A DNA stretch of 64,000 nucleotides from Eledone cirrhosa (GCA_964016885.1 OZ024746.1:17360001-17424000), one strand, 5' to 3'; shown: positions 1 through 13,404, counted from the first letter of the stretch. A program made the numbers and translations. Notes: generated by a model from the sequence alone, not told the origin.

Positions 1-334
1 GATTCTTATATTAAATTATAATGAAAGGTTTTTAGATATAAAAAGTTTAACCATTTTGTTTATTTCTATTAATTTTGAAATTAACCAAGAATTTTGAGAG
101 ATATAATAGCATAACTTAACTAAACGTTTCACAATTAATTTGGTGTTTGGAACATAACTTAACAAAAGTTCTTACATAAAATTATGATGGAAGATTTAAA
201 ATAAATTATGATGGAACACTTTAAAATAATCAGTATAGTATCATGGAACCAGGAGTGGTTTTATGTGATTTGGTATCAAAATGGTTTGTTGTGTTCTGTA
301 TAACTATTTTGTATAAATATTATTTCATTTAAAG

Positions 335-605
335 ACTTTTGGCTGAGGAGGCTGAACGTTCCTTGTCTGAAATCCAACGTCGTCTAAATAATCGTGAAGA
401 CGACATTCGCAATCAAATACAGAAAGTAAATCATTTAGAAGAGCAACTGCAGGAATATGAAAAAATTTCACACCAGAATCGCAATGAAATTAACCAACTT
501 CAGTCAACAATTAATGCCATGGATAGAGAGAAAGACTCCTTACAGATGACTGTTGATGAAAAGACTGAACGTTTGGCTTCTTTTAGAGAAGAACTTCTCA
601 AGAAG
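335..605 (+). CDS. CEP135: CEP135-like coiled-coil protein, internal exon (gene starts upstream of window)
   Basis: AG at 333-334, GTCAGT donor at 606; heptad-rich LAEEAERSLSEIQRRL...MDREKDSLQMTVDEKTERL...LLKK. Confidence 0.85.
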
Positions 606-1323
606 GTCAGTTGTTCTTTATATTTATGTGGTTGTGTTCTTTATATAAATATCTGTAGAAGAAATTTTTATGAAGGTCACTTGTCCTGTATATTTATGTG
701 GATGTGTTCTTTATATAAATATATAGAGAAAAAATAAACTATCAATGTTGTATGTGTATCACAACAAAAAGCACCCAGTCCACCCGGTAAAGAGGTTGTC
801 TTGGTGCTATGACAAAAGTACCCAGTCTGGTGTCACAAATAAGCATCCAGTCCACTCTGTAAGGTGGCTAGCATTAGGAAGAGCATCCAACCATAGAAAC
901 CATACCAGAAGATATGGTATAACTATTTTAGAATAGTTATACCATATCTTCTGCACTTGTAATAAGTACGAACCCTTTCTTAAACAGTTGATATTGCTGT
1001 TACTCTTTATCTCCTCCATTTTGAAGCATGAGAGTGGTTGTCATTTCTTTGGCACCTGAACAATTTGTTTCTCATAGTTTCTATTGTTTGGATGTGAGAT
1101 TGTCATATCTTTGACACAATTGAACAGTCTTCTCTACTTGATGTTGTTACTGTTCAAATGCCAAGTACTTTACAGAGTGTACCAGGTGTATTTTATAATG
1201 ACACCCACACTAGAGTGGTGACCTCATTGCAAGCCAAATATGATTGAGAGTTGGAATAGAAGTAGAGTGGTCGTTATCTTTGTTATAAATATTTTCACTG
1301 TTTCTTTCATTCTTCTATTTCAG

Positions 1324-1379
1324 GATAGAAATATAAGTGACTTTAAAGTACAAGTCAGTCAGTTGGAATCTCAACTTGA
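1324..1379 (+). CDS. CEP135: CEP135-like exon
   Basis: tttcag acceptor, GTAAGT donor; DRNISDFKVQVSQLESQL; phase 0->2 fits neighbours. Confidence 0.8.
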
Positions 1380-1427
1380 GTAAGTATATTGTTTACACTT
1401 CGAATTTATACATACATCGTAGTATAT

Positions 1428-1790
1428 CATATCACATATTTCACACCTTTCTACTATCATATCACATATTTCACAACTTCCTACTGTCATATCACATATT
1501 TCACAACTTCCTACTATCATATCACATATTTCACACCTTCCTACTCTCATATCACATATTTCACAACTTCCTACTCTCATATCACATATTTCACATCTTC
1601 CTACTATTATCATCCTCATCGTTTTTACATCCGCTTTTCCAAGCTTGCATGTTTTTTTTTTGTTTTTTGTTTGATGAAGACATATCACATATTTCACACC
1701 TACTATCATATCACATATTTCACACCTACCTACTGTCACATCTCATATTTCATACCCACCTACTATAACATCATATATTTTACACCAGAA
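1428..1790. repeat. 30-bp minisatellite
   Basis: tcatatcacatatttcacaacttcctacta units. Confidence 0.9.
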
Positions 1791-1837
1791 GACATGTAGC
1801 TTAGTGGTAAGGGTGTTGGACTTACAATCATAATGTC

Positions 1838-2078
1838 AGCTAAGATGTAGGACTGTTAGCTAAGATGTAGGGACGTTAGCTAAGATGTAGGACTGTTACC
1901 TAAGATGTAGGGACGTTAGCTAAGATGTAGGACTGTTAACTAAGATGTAGGACTGTTAGCTAAGATGTAGGACTGTTAGCTAAGATGTAGGACTGTTAGC
2001 TAAGATGTAGGGATGTTAGCTAAGATGTAAGATGTAGGGATGTTAGCTAAAATGTAGGATTGTTTGCTAAGATGTAGG
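1838..2078. repeat. 20-bp minisatellite
   Basis: agctaagatgtaggactgtt units. Confidence 0.95.
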
Positions 2079-2203
2079 GGTGTCAGTAAAATGGTTAGTT
2101 ATGTTTTATGAATTGTTGATAAAATATTCTCTAGAATGTACTTTTAGATATTTTCTACAATGTTGATCGCTGTTTTTTTTTGTTTGTTTTTTGTTTGATG
2201 AAG

Positions 2204-2372
2204 ACATGTGAACAGCAGCTTGTCTCTGAAGGAACGTGAGATAAAAAGTATGAAGAGACAACTTGATAAAACATCAGAAGACTTCAATGAAAGCAGCCGC
2301 ACTAAAGATGTTGTCCTACGGGAGAATAAACGACTTCAAGAAGATTTAGCCATAATGACAAGTGAAAACCAA
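2204..2372 (+). CDS. CEP135: CEP135-like exon
   Basis: HVNSSLSLKEREIKSMKRQLD...RENKRLQEDLAIMTSENQ; phase 2->0; resembles recalled CEP135 RENRRLQDDLATMARENQ. Confidence 0.85.
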
Positions 2373-2801
2373 GTACGAAGTTCTCTTTGAAATGTTTCAC
2401 ACAATTCTGTAATGATGGGGGGGGGGGGGCATTGTTTAATAATCTAGGGACTGTGATATATATATATATATATAGTGGTAAAAAACTGGAAGGTTAGTTA
2501 TATCCGAAGTTGGTTGAGCACTCAATCCAAAGGATGAGTTAGGTATAGAGTTAGTTCTACAACAAATTAGCAAACCATATTTGAGGACATGTGTTTCACC
2601 AGAGGGATTATTCAACTCGTGTATGGTTATAGTGAGACCAGAAGTTTATATAAGCTGGCTGGATTCTAACAAACTACCGACATTGCCATGCAGAATCTAA
2701 CCAGCACATATATACTTCTGTTCTCACTATAGCCACACATGAGTTGAATAATCCCTCTGGTGAAATACGTGTCCTCAAACATGATTTGCTAATTTGTTTT
2801 G

Positions 2802-2900
<99 letters not shown>

Positions 2901-3412
2901 TGTTTGGAACAAAATTTAACAAAGGTTCTTACATAAAACTATGATGAACGGTTTTTAAATAAATATAAACATTTTAACCCTTTCATTATAATATTTCTTA
3001 TAAAAGACATTGCCTATAATTTTCAAACAATTTAAAAAATATCAAGAATTCCAAGGGATTTAACTAACTTTCTCATTATTAAGCTCGTGTTTGGAACATA
3101 ACTTAACAAAGGTTCTTACATAAAATTATGATGAAATGTTTTTAGACAAATATAAACACTACTTTGGCCCCACATGGTTCAATATGGCCAGAGATAGGAA
3201 GTGGTGGAGGTCAACCAGGGAGGGGTTCTTCCAACAGGAATGAGAAGGTCCTGGATTTTGGGTAAACATTTTAAAATAAGCAGTTTAGTATCATAGAACA
3301 AAGGGTGGTTTCAGGGGATTTGGTATAAAAAAAAGGTTTTAAGGCAGTGTAGTCCATTGCTTGATATTTTGGTTAGAATTATTCTGTTGTTTTACTCATT
3401 ATTTGATGCCAG

Positions 3413-3523
3413 GTAATAAATAAAGACCTCCAGGACTGTTTAGAGGAGAAAGATTCTATGAAGAAACAAATTCAGAGTTATATGTTGGAGGTTCAAAGAG
3501 TTGGAGATTTACTGTCATCAAAG
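3413..3523 (+). CDS. CEP135: CEP135-like exon (not in ORF track)
   Basis: ccag acceptor, GTGAGT donor; VINKDLQDCLEEKDSMKKQIQSYMLEVQRVGDLLSSK; 111 nt, phase 0. Confidence 0.85.
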
Positions 3524-4374
3524 GTGAGTCTTTTACACTAGACTACTGTCATTACCATTGCCAACGTCATCATTGTCATCATCATCACTATCATCATAAT
3601 TATTGTCATCATCATCATTACCAACATCAGTGTGATTGCTGTTATCATCACCATCTTCATTATCATCATAATTATCATCATCATCATCATCATCATCATT
3701 ATCTCCATCATCTTTATCCTCATCATCATCATCATTTTTCATCTGCTTTCTTGCACATATCTTCCATATTAGGACATCGTTTCTACAGTTGTATGGCTTT
3801 CCTGATGTCAACACTGGATGTATTTTATAGTTGCAGCAGCTTCACCACTTTACAGAGTGTAGAAGGTGCATTTTATGGTGGCATCAACACTAGAGAGGTT
3901 GTCATATACTAGGCCAGACTGAAGAATTCTTTCTATCCTTATGTTGTCTCCAGAAAAAAAAAATATATATATATATGTACCTCAAATGTGGAGAATTGAG
4001 AGTCTTTAGAATGTCGGATAGAATGCTTTGTGGTGTTCATTTAGGCTTTCTGCTCTCTGAGTTCAAATCCTGCCGAGGTTAACTTTGTCTTTCATCCATT
4101 CAAGGTCAATAAAAAAAATACCAGTCTAGTACTGGGGTCAATTCTTCCTCTATATCTCTTTCTCACTTCCATTCTCTCACTCTCTTTCTATCCTTTGGAT
4201 ATCTGCTGGATTCAAACCCAGACAGAAGTTGGGCTTCACCAGGTTTAAAATATGCCCAAGATACGCTGTATGTCAATACAGCACCCCTACAACTCCTTTA
4301 GGAGTTAAGGGATCATCTATCAATATATACCCTAACATAAATCTGCTAATACTGATTCATTGTTTCTGATCCAG

Positions 4375-4560
4375 GAGCAGGAACGAACTGATATGTTAGA
4401 TCAATATCGTGCCTTATCTGCCGAAGCTGAACAGTACCAGAATACCAATCATCAACTGGAGACTGAGGGTTCAAATCTTCGGTTGGAAGTTATGTCAAGG
4501 GAATCGGAAATCAGGATGCTTAAAGAGAAGCTGGAACGCATGGATATAGAAATTCACGAG
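4375..4560 (+). CDS. CEP135: CEP135-like exon
   Basis: EQERTDMLDQYRALS...EGSNLRLEVMS...IEIHE; AG/GTCAGT. Confidence 0.85.
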
Positions 4561-4887
4561 GTCAGTTTGTAATATATTTTCTTTATGTCTTCAGTTTTAC
4601 CATTTTTCCTTTTACCATATGCACCTAATACACACAGTATATTTTACCATCTCTATGTAAGACACATTGTATATATTTTACCATTTGTGCATAATACATA
4701 GATATTAAGCAATTGAGAGTACAAGACTCCTCTCTGGATAGGACACCAGTCCATCACAGGACTGACTGCCAGCTACTGCTGCTGGCAATTGAACCCACAA
4801 CATCATTAGCACCCCCCTTCCCCCACACACTATAACCATTAGGTTACATATCTTCACTGAATATATCAGTTGATAATATCATCTTAA

Positions 4888-5215
4888 AGGTGGTGAATTG
4901 GCAGAGTCATCAGAATGTCTGATAAATGCTTTGTGCTATTTGTTGCAGCCCTCTGTTCTCAAATCCCACGTGAAATCAACTTTACCTTTCATCTATTCTA
5001 GATCAATAAAACAAGTACCAGTCAAGTACTGGGATCAATTCTTCCTCTATATCTCTTTCTCACTTCCATTCTCTCACTCTTTGTCCTTTTCTGGAAGAAA
5101 TCTACTGTATTCAAATCTGGAGAGGAGATGGGCCCTACCAAGCTTTAAAAATTCCCCAATAAATGCTGTATGCCAATATGGCACCCCTACCACTCCCTCG
5201 GGAGTTATGGATCCA
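4888..5215 (+). mobile_element. Long-tail subfamily of SINE family 2 (copies about 3990-4310 and 51186-51510)
   Basis: Shared head and tail ending ...tttaaaaatgccc...acgactccctcaggagtta. Confidence 0.7.
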
Positions 5216-5247
5216 TATATACCAATATAATCTTATGTCTTTAACAG

Positions 5248-5457
5248 CACCTAGGAGCACAGCAAGCTTACGAACTCCAAGTTTCCAATTTGAATCGTAC
5301 TTTGTCAAAACTGGAAGAGAATCTTCAGCAGTATGAGGACGATAAGCAGAACTTGACACAAGACATCAATGCTGTCAGAGATCTGTGCTGTCGTTTAGAG
5401 GCATCTAAAGAATCATTACAGCGACAGGTTACAGCTGTTTCTATCGAGAAAGAACAG
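5248..5457 (+). CDS. CEP135: CEP135-like exon
   Basis: HLGAQQAYELQVSNLNRTLSKLEENL...VRDLCCRLEASKESLQRQ...EKEQ; AG/GTTAGT. Confidence 0.88.
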
Positions 5458-5685
5458 GTTAGTCTCATTATTAATTAATTTTACCTGGCAGACCAATATC
5501 CTGCTACCAACAATAAGTGGGGAATGGGTGGATGGGTAATTGATTGGATGGGTGGATGGAGGGGGATGGATGGTTAATTGGCTGGGTGGGTGGATGAATA
5601 ACAGAAATGCTTTCAAATTTTTAGTCTAGAATTCATAACTAAGTGATTATTTTTTCTATTTGTCCCTCCCCCCCTCCTCAATCAG

Positions 5686-5888
5686 TTACTTGCCCAAATT
5701 GTTGACATGAAACAAGAGGCCGACACTTTACGGGAACAACTTTCTACTGAAAGAAAAACGGTGAAGAATTTGGAAGAATTACTTCAGAATAATCGAGAAA
5801 AGGAGTTCCATTCCCAACTGGAATTCCAAGAACGGAATGCTGAACTGAAACAGATAAAAGATCGATTCACCCTTAACGAAAGTAAACT
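5686..5888 (+). CDS. CEP135: CEP135-like exon
   Basis: LLAQIVDMKQEADTLREQLSTERKTVKNLEELLQNNREKEFHSQL...TLNESKL, close to recalled CEP135 ERHTVKNLESLLATNRDKEFHSHL. Confidence 0.9.
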
Positions 5889-5896
5889 GTGAGTCT

Positions 5897-5914
<18 letters not shown>

Positions 5915-5929
<15 letters not shown>

Positions 5930-6192
5930 GCCCCAATCAGCCCTGATCCAAGTAGTCCTATGTTGTTGTTGTTTAGCCCCAGGTCAGCCCTGATCCAAGT
6001 AGTCCTATGTTGTTGTTGTTTAGCCCCAGGTCAGCCCTGATCCAAGTAGTCCTATGTTGTTGTTGTTTAGCCCCAGGTCAGCCCTGATCCAAGTAGTCCT
6101 ATGTTGTTGTTGTTTAGCCCCAGGTCAGCCCTGATCCAAGTAGTCCTATGTTGTTGTTGTTTAGCCCCAGGTCAGCCCTCATCCAAGTAGAC
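5915..6192. repeat. 47-bp tandem repeat, about 6 copies
   Basis: gttgttgttgtttagccccaggtcagccctgatccaagtagtcctat. Confidence 0.95.
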
Positions 6193-6747
6193 ATATGATC
6201 AAAGACACTCCAAGCAGGACCATCCTGATTTTTTTGTTCCCTCCCCCCCAAACATGGTGTACTCTGGACTACACTGTAAAATGTCTTTCTTTAATCCTTT
6301 AGCATTTACATTACTCTATATTTACTATTGTATTTTCACAGTAAAGGCTTTATCTCACACAATGTCTCACATAATATCGTATCTATGAAATTTTGATATT
6401 ATTTTATTTTGAGAATAATACCTTAACATCAGTATGAGCAGCCAATTTCGGCCGGTTTGAACAGAAAAAGGTGAGAGGATTCTGGCCGGATATGACAGTC
6501 GGGTAGAATTTTAGGAAGATTTTGCCACTATTTTTACCAGACATGTGTACCCTTAATGTAGTTCTCAGGGAGTTTCAGCACAAAGGTCTTCCTTGTTGGT
6601 TTATCATCATCATCATCATCATCATCGTTTAACGTCCGTGTTCCACACTTGCATGGGTTTGAACGTGGGTTATCCCACTTGAGGCAAGAGTGATTGTCTT
6701 GCTCGCATAGGACTGTCTGGCGGGTTTTCTACAGCTGGATGCCCTTC

Positions 6748-6861
<114 letters not shown>

Positions 6862-7657
6862 TGCTGGTCTTCCACAAACAACCGTACCTCAGAGAACTTT
6901 CTAGGTGCAAATCCCATGGTCATTCGTGATCGAAGTTGTCTTTACCCTTTACAGATATTTATATACACATATATATGTACATCATCATCATTGTCATTTT
7001 AACATTCGCTTTCCCTGCTAGCAAGGGTTGGACGTGTGTATATAGACCAAGTCAGTACTGAAGCAGTAGCTACTGATCTCCCAGACAAGCCAGGGATCTG
7101 TGTCTTGCTTATATACGGTCAAACGTACTACTGAGTACACAGGAGAGATTTTCATGTCTTTGACACAACTGAGGATCCTCCCAACCCTTTGTCTGGCAAG
7201 ATTTCTGTGGCTGGAAGCCCTTCCTATCACCAACCACTTTACAGTGTGTACTGGGTGTGTTTATCATGTAGGTCACCAACACTGAGGAGGTTGTCATGTC
7301 CTTGTCACAACTGAAGGATCTTCCAGCCCTTTATTTGGCAAGCATTCTGTGGCTTGATGCTCTTTCTATTACCAGCCACTTTACAGGAGGGTAATGGCTA
7401 GGAATGGGCAGGCACGAGGGGGGTGGGTGATATAAGTGGTGTAGTGATGTTGAGAATAGCTGTTAGTGTGTGTTAGTGGAAGGGGGAACATGAGGGTAAG
7501 TGAGATCACATATGATGGTAGTGGCATAGGTATGTACTGGTCTGTGCATGTAGTGGTGGAGGTCGGTGTATGTACTACCTCTTATGATATTTACATTATT
7601 TTGGTCTAAAAGAAATAATTCTGTTATGAATTTGAAATATTTGTGTGTATTTTTCAG

Positions 7658-7762
7658 TCAAAGTCAGAGCCGAGATATAGCTTCTCTTCGGACCAGAAAT
7701 GTGGAATTGGAGGGAGACATTGAGCGATTTCGTCGACAACTAACCAGTGAGAAATTTGAACG
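7658..7762 (+). CDS. CEP135: CEP135-like exon
   Basis: QSQSRDIASLRTRNVELEGDIERFRRQLTSEKFER; tttcag/GTAAGA. Confidence 0.9.
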
Positions 7763-8104
7763 GTAAGAGTTATTTCCCTTCTTAAATAGCTTGTGGGAGC
7801 ATCCACAATTAACGAGTGTTGCTGCTTTTACACAGAAAAAAGCATGCTCCTGAAATGAACGTGTAAGTGGCTGAAAACTCCACAGACATGTGTACCTGCA
7901 ATGTAATTCTCAGGGAGATTCAGCACAACACAGTGTGTGACATGGCTGTTTGAATTACAGTCCATCTCTGATTATAGTGTGTTACAACAACAAAACAACT
8001 ACAACAGCATCAACTACAATAATATCATCTACAGCAACAACTACAACAATAATAACTATAACAATAACAACATAATATTTCTATCTTTATATTACTGTCA
8101 GTGA

Positions 8105-8978
8105 ACACCAACAACAACTACACCAACAACAATAACAACAACAACACCTACACCACTACCACCACCACCAACACCACTACCACTATCACCACCACTACCA
8201 CCAACACCACCACTACCACCACCACCACCAACACCATCACCAACACCACTACCACCACAATCACAACCATCAACACCACTACCACCACAACCACAACCAC
8301 CAACACCACCACCGCAACCACCACCACCGCAACCACCACTACCACCACCACAACCTCCACCACCACCACTACCACAACCACCACCACCACCACTACCAAC
8401 ACCACCACCACCACTACCACCACCACCACAACCACCACTACCAACAACACCACCACCACCACTACCACTGCCACAACCACCACCACCACCACCACTACTA
8501 CCACCACCACCACCACCACCACTACAACCACCACTACTACTACCACCACCACCACTACCGCAACCACTATCACCACCACCACCACCGCAACCACTACCAC
8601 CACCACCGCAACCACTACCACCACCACCACCACCACTACCACCACCACCACCACCGCAACCACTACCACCACCACCACCACCACTACCACCACCACCACC
8701 ACCGCAACCACTACCACCACCACCACTACCACCACCACCACCACCGCAACCACTACCACCACTACCACCACCACTACCACCACCACCACCACCACCACCA
8801 CTACCACCACCACTACCACCACCACCACCATCACAACTAACACCACCACCACCACCACCGCAACCACTACCACCACTACCACCACCACTACCACCACCAC
8901 CACCACCACCACCACTACCACCACCACTACCACCACCACCACCATCACAACTAACACCACCACCACCACCACCACAAC
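8105..8978. repeat. (ACC/ACT)n trinucleotide tract
   Basis: Seen directly. Confidence 0.95.
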
Positions 8979-9002
8979 ATTATATAATATTTCTATTGTC
9001 AG

Positions 9003-9095
9003 TGAAAGAGCCATCCAGGAACTTCGTCGTCATGGTATTTCTCCACCAATTACTGGAGATTATTCAAGTTTTTCCAGATCTTCAAGTCCAACCAA
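9003..9095 (+). CDS. CEP135: CEP135-like exon with conserved ERAIQELRRHG motif
   Basis: ERAIQELRRHGISPP matches the CEP135/TSGA10 C-terminal signature; GTAAGT donor at 9096. Confidence 0.9.
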
Positions 9096-9100
9096 GTAAG

Positions 9101-9401
9101 TCATCATCATCATCATTGTCATTGTCATCATCATCATCATTGTCATCATCATCATCACCATCACCATCATCATCATCATCACCACCACCATCATCATCAT
9201 CATTGTCATCATCATCATCATCATCACCATCATCATTGTCATCATCATTGTCATTGTCATCATCACCATCATCACCATCATCATCATCATCATCACCATC
9301 ATCACCATCATCACCATCATCATCATCATCATCATCACCATCATCACCACCACCATCATCATCATCATTGTCATCATCATCATCATCATCACCATCATCA
9401 C

Positions 9402-9448
<47 letters not shown>

Positions 9449-9461
9449 CCATCATCATCAT
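9101..9461. repeat. (TCA/CCA)n trinucleotide tract
   Basis: Seen directly. Confidence 0.95.
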
Positions 9462-9925
9462 TGTTTTTCCATCGATACTTGTTGGGAAAAGACATTTAGA
9501 GGTAGGAGGTGGTTGTGGCAGTGGTAGTGACGTCAGTGGTGGCGGTGATGGTGGCAGTGGTGGTGGTAGTGGTGGTGGTGATGGTGGCAGTGGTGGTGGT
9601 TATGGTGGTGGTGGTGGTTGTAGTGATGGTTGTGGTGATGGTGGCAGTGGTGAACACTTTAAAACAGTGTTGTATTATACAAGCGGGGGCGGGGGTGGGG
9701 GGGCTGTGATCTCTGATTAGTATCAAAAGGAGTTTAGACTACGCTCTTCTTACACGCTATTATGATAAAAGGTTTAAACGTACATATAAACAATTTCAAA
9801 AGGGATTAGAACTAGGGTTGACTTTAGGGGTGGGGCTTGATATCAATAAAAAACAAAAATATAAAGTTAACTAAATAAATCTTAACTTTTCTAATCTGGT
9901 TTTATTTTTATATTTTCTCTTTCAG

Positions 9926-10025
9926 ATTCTCGAAAGCAAACATTCTTAATACCCATTTAACACCTCCTGTGAGCTCACTTAGTGATAAGACAATGGCTCT
10001 AGCGAAAGGTACCAAATCACTTTAG
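9926..10025 (+). CDS. CEP135: Probable last coding exon of CEP135-like gene
   Basis: Strong polypyrimidine tract and ttcag at 9921-9925; phase 2 fits; FSKANILNTHLTPPVSSLSDKTMALAKGTKSL then TAG at 10023-10025. Confidence 0.6.
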
Positions 10026-12257
10026 ACAGCAGTAAAAGACAGATAAAGGTACCAAGTCACTTTAGCTTGCAGTAAAAGGCAGCTGGAGGTACCACGTTAG
10101 TTTAGATAGACCAGAGACAGCAGCTATAGATAGCTAGAGGTACCAAGTCACTTTAGACAGCAGTAAAAGACAGCTAAAGGTGCCAACTCACTTTAGACAG
10201 ACCAAAGACAACAGTAAAAGACAAGTAAAGTTGCCAACTTACTTTAAACAGCAGTAAAAGACAGCTAAAGGTGCCATCTTTAAACAGCAGTAAAAGGCAG
10301 CTAAAGGTGGCATCTTACTTTAAACAGCAGTAAAAGACAGCTAAAGGTGCCATCTTACCAGAGACAACAGTAAAAGACAACTAAAGGTGCCAACTTACTT
10401 TAAACAGCAGTAAAAGACAGTTAAAGGTGCCATCTTACCAGAGACAGCAGTAAAAGACAACTAAAGGTGCCAACTTACTTTAAACAGCAGTAAAAGACAG
10501 CTAAAGGTGCCAACTTACCAAAGACAGCAGTAAAAGACAGCTAAAGGTGCCATCTTACCAGAGACAACAGTAAAAGACAACTAAAGGTGCCAACTTACTT
10601 TAAACAGCAGTAAAAGACAGCTAAAGGTGCCATCTTACCAGAGACAGCAGTAAAAGACAACTAAAGGTGCCAACTTACTTTAAACAGCAGTCAAAGACAG
10701 CTAAAGGTGCCAACTTACCAAAGACAGCTAAAGGTGCCAACTTACCAAAGACAGCAGTAAAAGACAGCTAAAGGTGGCATCTTACTTTAAACAGCAGTAA
10801 AAGACAGCTAAAGGTGCCATCTTACCAGAGACAACAGTAAAAGACAACTAAAGGTGCCAACTTACTTTAAACAGCAGTAAAAGACAGTTAAAGGTGCCAT
10901 CTTACCAGAGACAGCAGTAAAAGACAGCTAAAGGTGCCAACTTACCAAAGACAGCAGTAAAAGACAGCTAAAGGTGCCAACTTACCAGAGACAACAGTAA
11001 AAGACAACTAAAGGTGCCAACTTACTTTAAACAGCAGTAAAAGACAGCTAAAGGTGCCATCTTACCAGAGACAGCAGTAAAAGACAACTAAAGGTGCCAA
11101 CTTACTTTAAACAGCAGTAAAAGACAGCTAAAGGTGCCAACTTACCAAAGACAGCTAAAGGTGCCAACTTACCAAAGACAGCAGTAAAAGACAGCTAAAG
11201 GTGGCATCTTACTTTAAACAGCAGTAAAAGACAGCTAAAGGTGCCATCTTACCAGAGACAACAGTAAAAGACAACTAAAGGTGCCAACTTACTTTAAACA
11301 GCAGTAAAAGACAGTTAAAGGTGCCATCTTACCAGAGACAGCAGTAAAAGACAACTAAAGGTGCCAACTTACTTTAAACAGCAGTAAAAGACAGCTAAAG
11401 GTGCCAACTTACCAAAGACAGCAGTAAAAGACAGCTAAAGGTGCCATCTTACCAGAGACAACAGTAAAAGACAACTAAAGGTGCCAACTTACTTTAAACA
11501 GCAGTAAAAGACAGCTAAAGGTGCCATCTTACCAGAGACAGCAGTAAAAGACAACTAAAGGTGCCAACTTACTTTAAACAGCAGTAAAAGACAGCTAAAG
11601 GTGCCAACTTACCAAAGACAGCTAAAGGTGCCAACTTACCAAAGACAGCAGTAAAAGACAGCTAAAGGTGGCATCTTACTTTAAACAGCAGTAAAAGACA
11701 GCTAAAGGTGCCATCTTACCAGAGACAACAGTAAAAGACAACTAAAGGTGCCAACTTACTTTAAACAGCAGTAAAAGACAGTTAAAGGTGCCATCTTACC
11801 AGAGACAGCAGTAAAAGACAGCTAAAGGTGCCAACTTACCAAAGACAGCAGTAAAAGACAGCTAAAGGTGCCAACTTACCAGAGACAACAGTAAAAGACA
11901 ACTAAAGGTGCCAACTTACTTTAAACAGCAGTAAAAGACAGCTAAAGGTGCCATCTTACCAGAGACAGCAGTAAAAGACAACTAAAGGTGCCAACTTACT
12001 TTAAACAGCAGTAAAAGACAGCAGTAAAAGACAGCTAAAGGTGCCATCTTACCAGAGACAACAGTAAAAGACAACTAAAGGTGCCAACTTACTTTAAACA
12101 GCAGTAAAAGACAGCTAAAGGTGCCAACTTACCAAAGACAGCAGTAAAAGACAGCTAAAGGTGCCAACTTACCAGAGACAGCAGTAAAAGATACCTAAAG
12201 GTGCCATCTTACCAGAGACAGCAGTAAAAGATAGCTAAAGCTACCAACTTTAGACAG
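10005..12257. repeat. 40-bp minisatellite with higher-order structure
   Basis: ctaaaggtgccaacttactttaaacagcagtaaaagacag alternating with ctaaaggtgccatcttaccagagacagcagtaaaagacaa. Confidence 0.97.
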
Positions 12258-12518
12258 ATGTTTGAAGTCTTATATCTTTCTTCTACCAATTCTGAATCAG
12301 GCGAAGAATAGAAGCCTATAATAATGTTTGTTTATAAATGAGTCCTTCCCTTTCAAACTAAGTGAAATTACAACAGGGACCTCAGTTAGTGATGGTTTAT
12401 GTACCACAACAAAGAGGATCAGATACCTCAATTAGTGAGGGTTTACACACCACATCAGAAAGGATACTGTCCATTTGTTGAGAGGGACATACACATAAGT
12501 GAGTGATATATATATATG

Positions 12519-12553
<35 letters not shown>

Positions 12554-13041
12554 TGTATCTCGGTATACATCTTTTCTTGCATGTGTGTGTATATATACAT
12601 ATATATATCTGTGTGTGTGTGTGGTGCATATATGTGATGTGTATATGTATATATATATATATATACATATATCATCATCATCATCGTTTAATGTCCATCT
12701 TCCACGCTAGCATGGGTTTGGACGGCATATATATATATATATTTATATTTACACATATATATATATATATATGATTCATATGTGATATATATGTGTATGT
12801 GGTGTATATACAGATGTATATCATTGGTGTGTATATGTACATATATAGATGTGTGTGTAAAATTATTTTCTGTATGTATATGTGTTTATAATTATACATA
12901 TTTATTTGGAATGTATAAATATATTTATATTTTACTCTGTATGTTGTGTATGTCTATGTACTTTGTGTGTGTGTAAGTGCACTTGGTTGTATAACTATGA
13001 GATTTGGTGCATATGCACACGTGTGTATATATTTACTGATG

Positions 13042-13077
<36 letters not shown>

Positions 13078-13404
13078 TGTGTGTGTGTGTGTGTGTATGC
13101 ATACAGTATACAGTGAATTTTGAAACAGGCATTTTTGCATACACACACACATATATATATATATATAAGTGTGTGTGTACCATACACAGAGGCAATTTAT
13201 TGTTAAACATAAATTTGATTGCTGGATAATTTTAGCTTGTCTAGAATTAAGAGTATGTGAAGTAAACCTCTCCTTGGATAGAATGATAATCCCTCACTGA
13301 TACTTCCCCAAATTCAGTTGTGTAGCATGGATTTTTGCCACTCTGCTCACTAGCCAAATTAATTGACACTTGTTTTAAATTTATATTTGGGCTTTTTTTA
13401 AACT

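Noticed and set aside
8101-9499. Mucin-like poly-Thr, poly-Ser and poly-Asp ORFs as stand-alone genes
   Set aside because: Intronic trinucleotide tracts; only 9003-9095 has splice signals and homology
10005-12257. CRISPR-like array
   Set aside because: No unique spacers; the variable parts are a few recurring variants; eukaryotic context with no cas genes
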